A stretch of 64,000 nt of DNA from Eubacteriales bacterium (lineage in GTDB: Bacteria > Bacillota > Clostridia > Oscillospirales > CAG-272), in contig JAZNGE010000003.1 in assembly GCA_045576315.1 (NCBI GenBank), positions 92,070 through 156,069 on the forward strand, given 5' to 3'. Positions 7,845 to 19,193 of the stretch are shown one piece after another (position 1 is the stretch's first letter; every line of letters begins with the position of its first letter). The position numbers and the translations under genes are program-made. The notes below the pieces were generated by a model, which saw only the letters and a list, made by a program, of their open reading frames with translations, searched no databases and had not been told where the DNA came from.

Positions 7845-10800
7845 ATGAACAAAAAGATCCTTACAAGAGTATCGTCGTCCTTCATCGTTCTTGCGATGGC
7901 GGTGGTGCTGCTTCTTGCCAGCGTTCTCCCGGCTTACGGTGAGACTGCAGGCGGCATCAAGCAGATCTATAACGTCGATACCAACTACACTCAGTATCTT
8001 GACAGCTCGGTAGCCTACCAGCTTCCCGAGTCGGTTAAGGACGATCAGGAAATATCCGTCATCGTTGTGATGGGTAAAGAAGCGATCGCCGAAGCCTATG
8101 AAAAGAGCGATAAGTCAATGACACTTGCCGAGTTTGCACTCAGCGAGGAAGCAGTAGCTATCAGAGATCAGGTAAACGCGGAGAAGGAAGCCCTTGCCGC
8201 AAAGCTTGATAAGAACAATATAGCTTACTCCGTCGGACTTTCTTACGATACCATCATCACCGGCTTTGAGATTATTATCAAGGCGGGCGACTTTACAGAT
8301 ACCTGCTCTCTTCTTGAGAAGGGACAGAGCGCAATAGTCGGCGAGGTGTATGACGTAGCAGAGACCAAGCTTGTAAACAACAAGGTCGACTACTACGAGG
8401 AGACCGGTATATTCGACAGCTCCGATTTCGCTTACGACGGCTCCGGAATGGTAGTTGCGGTGCTTGATACGGGTCTTGACTATACTCACTCCGCATTCAG
8501 CGTTTCCAACTTCTCATCCGATAAGCTCGGTCTTACCAAGGACCAGGTAGCCGCTGTCGTTTCGAGAACCGAGGCACTCAAGCGTTATCCCGGTCTTACC
8601 GCGGACGACCTTTACATCAACGACAAGGTGCCCTTCGCGTTCGACTACGCTGATAACGACCCCGACGTTTACTCCCTCTTCAGCAGCCACGGTACTCACG
8701 TATCCGGCGTTATAGCAGGTAAGGACGATACCATCACCGGTGTTGCTCCCAACGCGCAGATCGTTTCGATGAAGATATTCTCCGATACCCGTACCTCTGC
8801 ATATACCTCTTGGATACTTGCGGCACTTGAGGACTGCGTGCTTCTCGATGTTGACGTTATCAATATGTCGCTCGGTACTGCCTGCGGCTTCAGCCGCGAG
8901 ACCGACGAGGCGTTCATCAACGAAGTTTACGATGAACTTCGCGAGCGCGGCGTAAGCGTAGTTGTAGCAGCATCCAACAGCTACAGCTCATCCTACGGCT
9001 CCGAGAAGAACGGTAACCTCCCCCTTACCTCTAACCCCGATACCGGTACGGTTGGTTCTCCCTCCACCTATCTCGGCTCTCTCTCCGTAGCATCCATCAA
9101 GGGTGTTAAGACTCCCTACATGCTTAACGGTGATCAGATCATATACTTCGTTGAGGCATCCACCAGCGCAGGTAAAGAGAAGGACTTCTTCGCAGACCTC
9201 CTCGTTGACGGCAAGACCTCTATGGAGCTTGAATACGTAGTCATCCCCGGCGTTGGCCGTCCCGTAGACTATACCGGTCTTGATATGACCGGCAAGATCG
9301 CTCTCGTTCGCCGTGGCTCAACCACCTTCGAGGAGAAGGCTACCGCAGCTCAAAAGGCAGGTGCGGCGGCAGTTATCATCTACAACAACGTTGCCGGTGA
9401 TATCAAGATGAACGCAGGCAGAACCACTATCCCGCTTTGCTCTATAAGCCAGGACGACGGTGAGAAGCTTGCCGCACAGGGCGGCGGCACTCTTAAGATC
9501 GCCGCAGATCAGAAGTCCGGTCCCTTCATGTCCGACTTCTCCTCTTGGGGTCCTACTCCCAGCCTTGAGATCAAGCCCGAGATCACCGCACACGGCGGTG
9601 ACATTCTCTCCGCTGTAACCGGCGGCACATACGACCGTATGTCCGGTACCTCGATGGCATCTCCCAATATGGCAGGTGTGGTTGCTCTTATGCGTCAGTA
9701 CGTGCTTGAGCAGCGTCCCGAGCTCGTTACCGATCCTACCTCCGTTGCCGCAATAGTAAACAGACTTCTTATGTCCACCGCGGACATCATCTATAACGAG
9801 ACCGGCCTTCCTTACGCTGTAAGAAAGCAGGGTTCAGGTCTTGCAAACCTTACCGACGCCTCCACCACCACCGCATACATAATGACTTATGACAGAGTGG
9901 ACGGCTCTCTTATGGAGAAGAGCAAGATCGAGCTTGGCGACGATCCCTCCAAGACCGGTGTTTACAACCTTTCCTTCTCCGTAAATAACTTCGGTACTAC
10001 CGCGCTTACCTACGACATCTCCGCATACGTTATGACCGAGGGTGTCAGCGACACTCTTACCCACAAGGGTGAGACCACCGTTACCGAGGATGGATACATT
10101 CTCGACGGTGCAAAGATAAGCATCACCAAGACAAACGGCGGCACACTCTCCGGCACTCAGCTTACCGTACCCGCGGGTAAGGTAGCTGACGTTACCGTAC
10201 AGATCGTGCTCAGCGATTCCGATAAGGAATATCTCGATAAGTCCTTCGAGAACGGTATGTACGTTGAGGGCTTCGTGGTTCTTGACGCAGTATCCGGCAC
10301 CGAGGTTGGCCTTAACGTTCCTTACCTCGCATTCTACGGCGACTGGAACAAGGCTCCCATCTTCGACCTTGATTACTTCGAGACCAACAAGGATGAGCTT
10401 GACGACTCTATCGAAACACTCGACAAGACTCTCCCCGATACCTTCGCAACCCGTCCCATAGGCGGAATCGAGGATGACTATATCGGTTACCTCGGCTCTT
10501 ACTACTTCATCCAGAACCCCAATAGCAAGGTGATCTCCGCAAGCAGAGAGTACATCGCGCTCTCCAACACCAATGGCACTATGCACTCCATCCGTTTCAT
10601 ATGGGCAGGTGCGCTTAGAAACGCCGCAAAGGTAGACATCACCATTACCGACTCCCAGACGGGTGAGATCATTTACGAAACGACTGAATACGATATCAGA
10701 AAATCGTACGGTGATGGCGGTACGATCCGTCCCGCTAACATTGAGGTAGAGTTCGATACCATGGACTATAACCTCAAGAACAATACGATGTATAACGTTA

Positions 10801-13800
10801 AGTTCGTGGCTTATACCGATTACGGTAACGGCGGACTTGAAACTAACGAGAATAACGTATTTGAGTTCCCCATGACAGCCGACTTTGAGGCACCCGCGGT
10901 TACCGGATGTGAATTCTACACCGAGTATGACCGTGCGGCAAACAAGCTTCGTTTGTTTGCAAAGATAGCTGTTTACGACAACCACTACGCTATGGCTATG
11001 CAGGTCGGTTACGTAAGCGGCAACACTACCAGCGGCTTCGCCCTCAATTCCTTTGATAGCTATCTTACCCCCATCTACTCCAACCGCAACACCACCAACT
11101 ATGTCGTATACGAGCTTACCGATTACATCTACGACATAAAGGAGAACGCGACTAATAAGAATACCATCACCGTAGGTGTCTACGACTACGCGCTTAACAA
11201 CGCGACCTACGAAATACCGCTTCCCGACGATTTTGTCGACTTCTATTTCGAGGAAAGCGAAATAACCCTCAGTCCTAACGAGGTATATACTCTCACACCT
11301 CTTTCTTACCCCGGCTCCGAGTGGACCGACCTCATCGAGTACAGATCCACTAACACCAAGGCAGTAAACGTTGTAAACAACAAGCTTATCGCAGTTGCGC
11401 CCGGCGTTTCTACCATTATCGCAAAGAGCCCCACCTCAAACCATACCGTAAACCTTAAGGTAACGGTTCTCGGAGAGGAAGATGAGGGCTATAAGAGGTT
11501 TGATAAGCCCGTCGCAGACGTCTTCGAGCTTACCGGCTTCAAAACCAAAAAGGCCTACTATATGCTCTTAAGCAGCGATAGAGATATAGGCGAGGCGGGC
11601 AATATAATGATGTTCGGCGGCAGATACTCGATCTCGATGTATCCCTCCGAGTCGGTTGAGCTTCTTTACAAGCTTAACGCATTCTTCCCGAAGGATACCA
11701 CCGTTGTATTCGAATCCTCTAACGATACGATAGTAAGCATTGACCAAAATGGCGTTATCGTCGCAAATGAAGAGGGCTTCTCTTCAGTAAGCGTGCGCGT
11801 GCTCCTCGACGGTAACAATACCTACTATTCCGCAACCGTTGACATCGAGGTCAAGGATCCTTACGTAACCAACGGTCCCTGGCTCACTCATTACTACGGC
11901 AACGGCGGCACCGTAATCATTCCCGACGATCTTATGCTCACCGAGCTTTCCGAGTTCGCGTTTTCCAACTGTCAGTATATCGCAAAGGATCCCAGCGAGA
12001 TAACCGAGGAGAACCCCGACCTTACTAAGCCCTGGTACATCGGTGACAACACCATCAAAAAGGTAGTTATCCCCGAGGGCGTTGAGAAGATAGGCCCGTA
12101 CGCGTTTGCAGGTCTCACAGCTCTTGAAGAGGTCGTTCTCCCGTCTACGATCGTGTCCATTGAGTACGGCGCGTTTATGAACTGTACCGCGCTTACCAAG
12201 ATAACCGGTATCGAGAACGTTAAGCTCATCAACAAGTGGGCATTCCAGAACTGTAACCTCGCAGGTCAGATTTCTCTTGACTCTGCTTGCGCGATCTCCG
12301 ATTACGCTTTCGCAAACAACAGATACCTCACCGAGATCATTCTCCCCGAGACTCTTCAGTCCATCGGTGCATACGCATTCTCCGGTGACCAGAGACTTGA
12401 GAGCGTTATCGTAAAGGCTGATACCGTTAAGTACGGCGCATACGTATTCAACGGCTGTAAGTCCCTTACCGAAATGACCATGAACACCGCGGTTATTCCC
12501 GAGGGTGCATTCAACGGCTGTACCGCGCTTTCCTCTCTTACCATAGGTAAAGAGGTTCTGTCGATCGGTGAGCTTGCATTCCGCAACACCTCTATCTCTA
12601 CCTTTACCGTGGCAGACGGCAATGGGGTCTTCAAGGCACAGAACGACGGTGCGTACCTCATCTCCGCAGACGGAACTACGCTCCTTCTCGTTGCTCCCAC
12701 CGTTTCCGGTGAGTTCAAGCTCACGGATAATAACGTAACCGCTATCGGTAACGGCGCATTCTCCGCTAATACCAAGGTTACCTCACTCGTGATCCCCTCC
12801 GTAACCAAGTTAAATGCTTACGCGCTTTACAATTGTAACCACCTCAGAAGCGTGACTCTCGGCAAGCTTACCTACGTTGGTAAGTACGCCTTCTCCGGCA
12901 CTGCCATCACCTCGCTTCCCGCATTTGACGACTCTCTTGACGCCATCGGCGAATACTCATTCTCCCACACCAACCTTGCCTCCGTTAACATCAAGGACGG
13001 TATGAACATCGGTGAGGGCGCATTCTACGAGTGCAAGAAGCTTGCTACCGTAGTAATAGGCAACAACGTCACCATCGGCGAGGGCGCGTTCATGCTCGAC
13101 AGAGCGACCAGCCTTGCAGACGTTGATAATGGTGATACCATTCCTTACTACATCGACAACGGCAAGAGAATATACTACTTCGATTACAAGTCCGCGCTTA
13201 AGTCCCTTACCATAGGTGAGAACGTAACGATCGGCGACAACGCATTCTTCGGCGCGTCCAAGATCACTACCGTAACTCTCGGCAGCGGCGCAACCATCGG
13301 CAATCAGGCGTTCTACAACTGTACCAATCTTGTAAATATCGATCTCTCCGGCGTGAAGAAGATCGGTACTCAGGCATTCTCCGGTGACGTTGACGTTATG
13401 TACACCGATACCTCTTACAACAACCCTTACATCAAGGACAACAACTACGTTTACGCTTACTACGCATCTAAGATCAAGACTGCGGATCTCTCTTCTCTTG
13501 AGGTCCTTGGCAAGAAGGCGTTTGAGTACTGCCTTGAGCTTACCACCGTTAAGCTTGGCGACAACGTGACCGTTATCTCCGAGAACGCGTTTGCAGCAGC
13601 TGTATCTCTTTCTAAAATCAATCTTGATAAGATCGTAACGATAGAGAAGTACGGCTTCGCAGATACAGCACTTACCTCTCTTAACATTCCTGCAGTAGAG
13701 AGCGTCGGCGACTTCGCGTTCGTATACTGTAACGACCTTACCGACGTAACCTTCGGTGAGAACATCTCCGACATCGGCGAGGGCGCATTCGCATACTGCG

Positions 13801-15125
13801 ACGTGCTTTCTACCGTAAACGGATTCCAGTACGTAAAACACCTTGGCGATTATTCCTTCGCATACAACAAAATTACCGCGGCTGACCTCTCCGGCGCTAT
13901 CACCATCGGTGACCACGCGTTCATGAAGGCTGTCGAGTATGACGAGAACGCAAAGCCCGTTCTTGGTAAGGACGGCAAAATTCCTATGGGCGAGTTCAAG
14001 GTTATCCTCGGCGAATCTCTCGTAGAGATCGGCGATAACCCCTTCGCATTCTCCAAGGTCGCTCCCTTCTTTACCGAGGTGGTTGAGTCCTTCAACGGCA
14101 AGGATTACACCTCTATCTCCTACAATTACGACATCAGCGATACCGTAAAGGTTATCGACGGCTCTCTTTACTGTAAGGTTCCTTACGGCTACGAGCTTAT
14201 CACCTATACCGGTGACAAGACAGCAACCGTTGCTGATGACACCGTTCGCGTAACCGCATTGGCATTCGCAGGCTCCGACGTTGTAAGAGTAGAGCTTCCT
14301 CACACTCTTAATTCCATCGGTCATAAGGCATTCTACGGATGCGTTGATCTCGCTATCGTAACCTTTAAGAGCTACGATGCTCCCGTTCTTGAGGAGGAGT
14401 TCGACAGCAGCTACTACGACAGCTTTATGAACTTCCCCCACACCGGTATCTACGATTTCACCGTCAATCAGGGCACTCCCGATGAGAAGTACTACGAGTT
14501 CGTAGGACTTGAGATCGTTCCTTTCTATATGTGGAACGCGACCTCGGGCATGTACTCCAACGTTTACTACGGCGCAAACTTCGTTGATTACATCGGTAGA
14601 AACGATAAGAATCTCGTTATGGTAAGACCCTCTAACGGTCAGAATTACGAAACCTTTATTTACGGACAGTACTTCAGTACCGTTATCGACGGTGCGCTTG
14701 CGGCTGACGACGTAACTCTCGCTGCAATCGAGGCAATTCTCAGAATTCCTTCGTCCGTAAAGCTTGAGCATGAGTCTATCGTTCTTCTTGCTCGCGCGGC
14801 ATACGACAAGATCGCAACCGACGAGCAGCGTGCTCTCATCTATGATTACTATATGACTCTTTCCGCAGCGGAAAGAAAGATTGCAGCACTTAAGTCCACT
14901 CAGACTCCCGAGACAGAGGATCCCAACGAGGGTGACGATATCGTTGACGAGCCCGAGAAGGATTACACCGTTGCAGTTATCATAGTTACCGCAGTTCTTA
15001 TCGTTATCGGCGGCGGCGCAGTTCTTGTAAGATACTTCCTTGACAAGAAGCAGGATAAAACTGCTGACAAGCCCGTCCATGATGACAATTCTGAGAAGAA
15101 GGATACTGAAAACACAAATGAATAA
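7845..15125 (+). CDS. Cell-surface S8 (C5a peptidase/lactocepin-like) serine protease with PA domain, Ig-like domains, BspA-type leucine-rich repeats and a C-terminal TM anchor
   Basis: Signal peptide; catalytic triad motifs VLDTG, HGTHVSG, SGTSMASP; PA domain (GKIALVRRG); many 'IG..AF..C..L..V' LRR units; C-terminal hydrophobic helix and charged tail. Confidence 0.9.
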   Translation: MNKKILTRVSSSFIVLAMAVVLLLASVLPAYGETAGGIKQIYNVDTNYTQYLDSSVAYQLPESVKDDQEISVIVVMGKEAIAEAYEKSDKSMTLAEFALSEEAVAIRDQVNAEKEALAAKLDKNNIAYSVGLSYDTIITGFEIIIKAGDFTDTCSLLEKGQSAIVGEVYDVAETKLVNNKVDYYEETGIFDSSDFAYDGSGMVVAVLDTGLDYTHSAFSVSNFSSDKLGLTKDQVAAVVSRTEALKRYPGLTADDLYINDKVPFAFDYADNDPDVYSLFSSHGTHVSGVIAGKDDTITGVAPNAQIVSMKIFSDTRTSAYTSWILAALEDCVLLDVDVINMSLGTACGFSRETDEAFINEVYDELRERGVSVVVAASNSYSSSYGSEKNGNLPLTSNPDTGTVGSPSTYLGSLSVASIKGVKTPYMLNGDQIIYFVEASTSAGKEKDFFADLLVDGKTSMELEYVVIPGVGRPVDYTGLDMTGKIALVRRGSTTFEEKATAAQKAGAAAVIIYNNVAGDIKMNAGRTTIPLCSISQDDGEKLAAQGGGTLKIAADQKSGPFMSDFSSWGPTPSLEIKPEITAHGGDILSAVTGGTYDRMSGTSMASPNMAGVVALMRQYVLEQRPELVTDPTSVAAIVNRLLMSTADIIYNETGLPYAVRKQGSGLANLTDASTTTAYIMTYDRVDGSLMEKSKIELGDDPSKTGVYNLSFSVNNFGTTALTYDISAYVMTEGVSDTLTHKGETTVTEDGYILDGAKISITKTNGGTLSGTQLTVPAGKVADVTVQIVLSDSDKEYLDKSFENGMYVEGFVVLDAVSGTEVGLNVPYLAFYGDWNKAPIFDLDYFETNKDELDDSIETLDKTLPDTFATRPIGGIEDDYIGYLGSYYFIQNPNSKVISASREYIALSNTNGTMHSIRFIWAGALRNAAKVDITITDSQTGEIIYETTEYDIRKSYGDGGTIRPANIEVEFDTMDYNLKNNTMYNVKFVAYTDYGNGGLETNENNVFEFPMTADFEAPAVTGCEFYTEYDRAANKLRLFAKIAVYDNHYAMAMQVGYVSGNTTSGFALNSFDSYLTPIYSNRNTTNYVVYELTDYIYDIKENATNKNTITVGVYDYALNNATYEIPLPDDFVDFYFEESEITLSPNEVYTLTPLSYPGSEWTDLIEYRSTNTKAVNVVNNKLIAVAPGVSTIIAKSPTSNHTVNLKVTVLGEEDEGYKRFDKPVADVFELTGFKTKKAYYMLLSSDRDIGEAGNIMMFGGRYSISMYPSESVELLYKLNAFFPKDTTVVFESSNDTIVSIDQNGVIVANEEGFSSVSVRVLLDGNNTYYSATVDIEVKDPYVTNGPWLTHYYGNGGTVIIPDDLMLTELSEFAFSNCQYIAKDPSEITEENPDLTKPWYIGDNTIKKVVIPEGVEKIGPYAFAGLTALEEVVLPSTIVSIEYGAFMNCTALTKITGIENVKLINKWAFQNCNLAGQISLDSACAISDYAFANNRYLTEIILPETLQSIGAYAFSGDQRLESVIVKADTVKYGAYVFNGCKSLTEMTMNTAVIPEGAFNGCTALSSLTIGKEVLSIGELAFRNTSISTFTVADGNGVFKAQNDGAYLISADGTTLLLVAPTVSGEFKLTDNNVTAIGNGAFSANTKVTSLVIPSVTKLNAYALYNCNHLRSVTLGKLTYVGKYAFSGTAITSLPAFDDSLDAIGEYSFSHTNLASVNIKDGMNIGEGAFYECKKLATVVIGNNVTIGEGAFMLDRATSLADVDNGDTIPYYIDNGKRIYYFDYKSALKSLTIGENVTIGDNAFFGASKITTVTLGSGATIGNQAFYNCTNLVNIDLSGVKKIGTQAFSGDVDVMYTDTSYNNPYIKDNNYVYAYYASKIKTADLSSLEVLGKKAFEYCLELTTVKLGDNVTVISENAFAAAVSLSKINLDKIVTIEKYGFADTALTSLNIPAVESVGDFAFVYCNDLTDVTFGENISDIGEGAFAYCDVLSTVNGFQYVKHLGDYSFAYNKITAADLSGAITIGDHAFMKAVEYDENAKPVLGKDGKIPMGEFKVILGESLVEIGDNPFAFSKVAPFFTEVVESFNGKDYTSISYNYDISDTVKVIDGSLYCKVPYGYELITYTGDKTATVADDTVRVTALAFAGSDVVRVELPHTLNSIGHKAFYGCVDLAIVTFKSYDAPVLEEEFDSSYYDSFMNFPHTGIYDFTVNQGTPDEKYYEFVGLEIVPFYMWNATSGMYSNVYYGANFVDYIGRNDKNLVMVRPSNGQNYETFIYGQYFSTVIDGALAADDVTLAAIEAILRIPSSVKLEHESIVLLARAAYDKIATDEQRALIYDYYMTLSAAERKIAALKSTQTPETEDPNEGDDIVDEPEKDYTVAVIIVTAVLIVIGGGAVLVRYFLDKKQDKTADKPVHDDNSEKKDTENTNE

Positions 15126-16527
15126 AAGGATTAAATTATTGATCCTCACGCTTACACTCGTTATAGCCGCGGCACTTCTCGTGTCCTGTAAGGGCGATGG
15201 CCCTTACGGCGGCTATGACGATGAGGGCTATACCGTGAGTGTCAAATACGATGCAAACGGCGGATTTTTCACCACGAATACATCCGTCATAGTGGATACG
15301 TACAATCTTTCCTCGCTGCCCTCAGGTTCTAATGGCGAGAAGCTTGTCACACTCGTATCCCCCGACAATAAAGACGTAAGAGGCAAGGAAAACAGCTTCC
15401 TTCCTCAAAACCCCGATTACTTCCTCGTTGGCTGGTACGATACCAAGACCGCAGTCACCGATGCACAGGGTAATGAGCTTGATGCTGACGGCAACATCGC
15501 CGCACAGTCCGGCAAGCCCGTTGCCTATAACTATTCGGGCAGATGGGATTTTACAGATAAAAAGCTCTCCAAGGATAAGCTTTCCGTAGATCCCTCCAAG
15601 GTTGAGGGCTCGGCGACCCCCGTGCTTACTCTGTACGCTGCGTGGGCTCCTTGCTTCAACTTCGACTTCTACGACATTAAGACCGGCGACCTTATCAAGA
15701 GTCTTCAGGTCGACCCCGGCTATGTTAAGTATATAACCGCTCCCGAGTGGAACACCACCACAGGTCAGCTCGATATGCACGAGTTTCCCAAGGTCGATAA
15801 CAAGACCTTCTCGGCGGTTTATCTCGATTCCGATGGCAAAACTCCCGTTGAGGCAGGCGCTACCATCGCTCATACCGGCGTTATTAATAATGAAAACGCT
15901 ACCACATCTGGCAATACTATGAATTTGTACGTTGATATGCTCGACGGCAACTGGTATAACATCTATACCGCCGATCACTTTATCAAGTACGCATCTCCCA
16001 TCGGCAACTACAATATCCTTGCAGACCTTGACTTTACAGGCAAGGGATGGAAGAATCCTCTTACCTACGGCAACTTTACCGGTACTATAAACGGCAACGG
16101 TCACAAAATGTCTAACATTACGGTAAATCAGAACGATACCGCAAAGACGAATGCAGGCCTCTTCGGCACTCTTGCGTCAAGTGCGAATATCAACAATATT
16201 ACCTTTGAGAACGTTACTCTTAATATAGAAACCGGCTCAAGATTTAACGGCGCATCCTACGGACTTCTTTGCGGCACGCTTGCAAGCGGTGCAACGCTTG
16301 ATTCCGTCCGGATAAGCGGTAAGATCACAGTTACCTCATCGATGCTGATACTCAATTACACTCCCAGCATCGGACTTCTTTGCGGTAGCGGATCGGCAGA
16401 GGGCGTAGATCTCTCCGGCATCACCTGTGAGGCTCTCGAGTCCACAGACGGCTCTAACCCCATCACTCTCACCGTTGAGGGTAATAAGGTGACAGTCACC
16501 GAGATAACCGAAACCCCCGCCAACTAA
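15118..16527 (+). CDS. Lipoprotein with an InlB-B-repeat-like N-terminal region and a GLUG-like beta-helix C-terminal region
   Basis: Start moved to ATG 15118 (MNKRIKLL...LLVSC lipobox), overlapping the protease stop; VKYDANGG..FLVGWY..LYAAW; LADLDF..FTGTINGNGH..GLFG. Confidence 0.75.
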   Translation: MNKRIKLLILTLTLVIAAALLVSCKGDGPYGGYDDEGYTVSVKYDANGGFFTTNTSVIVDTYNLSSLPSGSNGEKLVTLVSPDNKDVRGKENSFLPQNPDYFLVGWYDTKTAVTDAQGNELDADGNIAAQSGKPVAYNYSGRWDFTDKKLSKDKLSVDPSKVEGSATPVLTLYAAWAPCFNFDFYDIKTGDLIKSLQVDPGYVKYITAPEWNTTTGQLDMHEFPKVDNKTFSAVYLDSDGKTPVEAGATIAHTGVINNENATTSGNTMNLYVDMLDGNWYNIYTADHFIKYASPIGNYNILADLDFTGKGWKNPLTYGNFTGTINGNGHKMSNITVNQNDTAKTNAGLFGTLASSANINNITFENVTLNIETGSRFNGASYGLLCGTLASGATLDSVRISGKITVTSSMLILNYTPSIGLLCGSGSAEGVDLSGITCEALESTDGSNPITLTVEGNKVTVTEITETPAN

Positions 16528-16569
16528 TAACGTTTACTAAAAAATAGAAATATAAGGAGAATCAAAAAA

Positions 16570-19179
16570 ATGAAGAAAATTATTTCCCTTATACTCTGCC
16601 TCTCTCTTTGCGCAGGTATGGGACTGCTCTTCGTAGGATGTGGTGAGAAGGATGCACCCGATGCATTCGTTATCATGTCCGATGAGCTTGACGGACTTTT
16701 CAACCCCTTCTTCTCAACATCAGCAGCTGACGGTAGTGTCGTTTCGATGACTCAGATCGGAATGCTCAGCTCTAACTACGAAAACGGCGAGATCGGCGTT
16801 GCATTTGGCGACAATGAGGCCGTTGTAACCAAGGACTTTGAGTATAAGTATGACTCCGTTGCTAACGAGACCACTTATACCTTCGTAATAAAGAACGGTA
16901 TCAAGTTCTCCGACGGCCACGCACTCACCATTGAGGACGTCCTTTTCAACCTTTACGTATACCTTGACCCCGTATTCACGGGCTCTGCAACCATCTACTC
17001 CACCGACATCAAGGGTCTTGCAGCTTACAGAACCCAGAAGATCGGTGCTGATTCCGACAGCAATGACGGCGACCTTATTTCTTCTCAGGCTCTCGCAAGA
17101 GCAAAGGCTCGTAGACAGGAGCTTGTAAACGTTTACAGCCAGCTTAAGAAGAAGAATCCCAACGATGCTATAACCGAGACTATGATGAAGGATGCTATCG
17201 CATCTGCAACTCTCTCCGGCGGTTACAAGCAGGCTATCTCCGTTAACCCCTCCGACGTTACCAACGATCAGCTTCTTGCTGACTACGAGAACGCTCTTAA
17301 ACTCTTCAGAGAAGAGCTTGAGAGAGATTACACCTCTGCACAGCAGGCATACACCGAGTCTCCCTACAAGGAGTGGAACGAGTTCAAGGATGAAGTATTC
17401 TGCTTCATGTTCTACGAGGGCTACGTTAAGGTTGAGTACGAAAAGACCTATGACGAGAGCGGCAAGTACGTAGAGAACAAGAACAAGATCACCAAGCTCA
17501 CCCCCGAGTATAACACCGCTATCATTAACAATAAGGAAGCTGCTATCGACTTCGCTTACCAGGATAACACCACCAGCAAGCTCGATATCGTTCTTCTTTA
17601 CTGGGCAACCGCACAGGAGATCCTTACCGACTATACCGCAAAGGCTACCGAGGTAGTTCTTCGTGAGAATATGAGCTCCGACGGTTCTCTTAAGGTTGAC
17701 AACATCTCCGGTATCGTTTCTCTCGGTCACCAGACTGAGACCAAGGGTACTACCATTAAGGTAAACGGCAACGATTATAAGGTTGCTTCCTCTCATAACG
17801 ATGACGGTACTCCCGCAGGTGAAAATGAGTACGACGTGCTCCAGATCACCATCGACGGCGTTGACCCCAAGGCAGTATGGAACTTCGCATTCACCGTAGC
17901 TCCTCAGCACTACTATGGCGAGGGCTCGTCCGTAGAGGTAGACATCGAGAACAACAAGTTCGGTGTTGAGTACGGCACTTACTCCTTCATGACCGGTATC
18001 ATCCAGTCCGCCCGTAACATCAAGATCCCCGTAGGCGCAGGCGCCTACAAGGCAACCAACAGAGAAAACAGCGACACCCCCTCCACCACCGACTTCTACA
18101 AGGACAACGTTGTTTACTTCAAGGCTAACAACTACTTCGAGACAGTAGGCGAGGGCATTAACAACGCAAAGATCGAGAAGATTCGTTACCAGGTAGTAAG
18201 CTCTAACAACGCGCTTGACGCTCTTGCTAACGGCTCCGTTCACTACGTAACTCCTCAGCTCACTCAGCAGAACTACGAGATCATCGACTCCCTTAAGGGT
18301 GACGGTATGGTATCTCTTCTTGCTGACCAGCTCGGTTACGGTTATATCGGTATCAACGCAGCAAAGGTTGAGGACCTCAATCTCCGTAAGGCAATCATGT
18401 GCGCAATGGATACCTCTCTTGCAATCGACTACTACCGTGCAGGTACCGCTTCCCAGATCTACTGGCCTATGTCTAAGGTAAGCTGGGCTTACCCCAAGGA
18501 CGACAGCGGTAACTACAGCACCGACAACGATCACGACTATCCTCAGATCGGTAAGTTCAATAAGGAAGCTGCCGTAGACGCTATCAAGGGCTATATGGCT
18601 GCCGCAGGCGTAAGCGCAGGCGACGATAGCCTTAAGATCACCTTCACCATCGCAGGCTCTAACCTTCAGGAGCACCCCGCATACGCAGTATTCAGAGATG
18701 CAGCCGTAATCCTTAACGAGCTTGGCTGGAACATCACCGTTGTTCCCGATACTCAGGCACTCACCAAGATCAACACCGGTGACCTTGCAGTTTGGGCAGC
18801 AGCTTGGGGCTCTACCATCGACCCCGATATGTACCAGGTATACCACAAGAACTCTACCGCAACCTCTACTACCGCTTGGGGTTACGATGCGATCCTCTCC
18901 AACTCTTCGAGAATCGAGGAGCAGAACATTCTTACCGAGCTCAGCGCTCTTATCGACGACGCTCGTGAGACCGAGGATCAGGCTGTACGTACCGCTCTTT
19001 ACGAGCAGGCAATGAAGTATGTCCTTGACCTTGCAGTTGAGCTTCCCGTATACCAGAGATCTACCGTTTACGTATACAACTCAAACGTTATCGATTCAAG
19101 CACCATGCCTTCTGAATCCGAGATGAACCCCTTCACCTCTCCTCTTGACAGAATCTGGGAAATCGAATTTGCTAAATAA
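16570..19179 (+). CDS. oppA: Oligopeptide ABC transporter substrate-binding lipoprotein (family 5), enlarged
   Basis: Lipobox FVGC; YTFVIKNGIKFSDG..LTIEDV.F; PVGAGAYK; LRKAI; precedes oppBCDF. Confidence 0.9.
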   Translation: MKKIISLILCLSLCAGMGLLFVGCGEKDAPDAFVIMSDELDGLFNPFFSTSAADGSVVSMTQIGMLSSNYENGEIGVAFGDNEAVVTKDFEYKYDSVANETTYTFVIKNGIKFSDGHALTIEDVLFNLYVYLDPVFTGSATIYSTDIKGLAAYRTQKIGADSDSNDGDLISSQALARAKARRQELVNVYSQLKKKNPNDAITETMMKDAIASATLSGGYKQAISVNPSDVTNDQLLADYENALKLFREELERDYTSAQQAYTESPYKEWNEFKDEVFCFMFYEGYVKVEYEKTYDESGKYVENKNKITKLTPEYNTAIINNKEAAIDFAYQDNTTSKLDIVLLYWATAQEILTDYTAKATEVVLRENMSSDGSLKVDNISGIVSLGHQTETKGTTIKVNGNDYKVASSHNDDGTPAGENEYDVLQITIDGVDPKAVWNFAFTVAPQHYYGEGSSVEVDIENNKFGVEYGTYSFMTGIIQSARNIKIPVGAGAYKATNRENSDTPSTTDFYKDNVVYFKANNYFETVGEGINNAKIEKIRYQVVSSNNALDALANGSVHYVTPQLTQQNYEIIDSLKGDGMVSLLADQLGYGYIGINAAKVEDLNLRKAIMCAMDTSLAIDYYRAGTASQIYWPMSKVSWAYPKDDSGNYSTDNDHDYPQIGKFNKEAAVDAIKGYMAAAGVSAGDDSLKITFTIAGSNLQEHPAYAVFRDAAVILNELGWNITVVPDTQALTKINTGDLAVWAAAWGSTIDPDMYQVYHKNSTATSTTAWGYDAILSNSSRIEEQNILTELSALIDDARETEDQAVRTALYEQAMKYVLDLAVELPVYQRSTVYVYNSNVIDSSTMPSESEMNPFTSPLDRIWEIEFAK

Positions 19180-19193
19180 TTCGGGAGTAAAAA

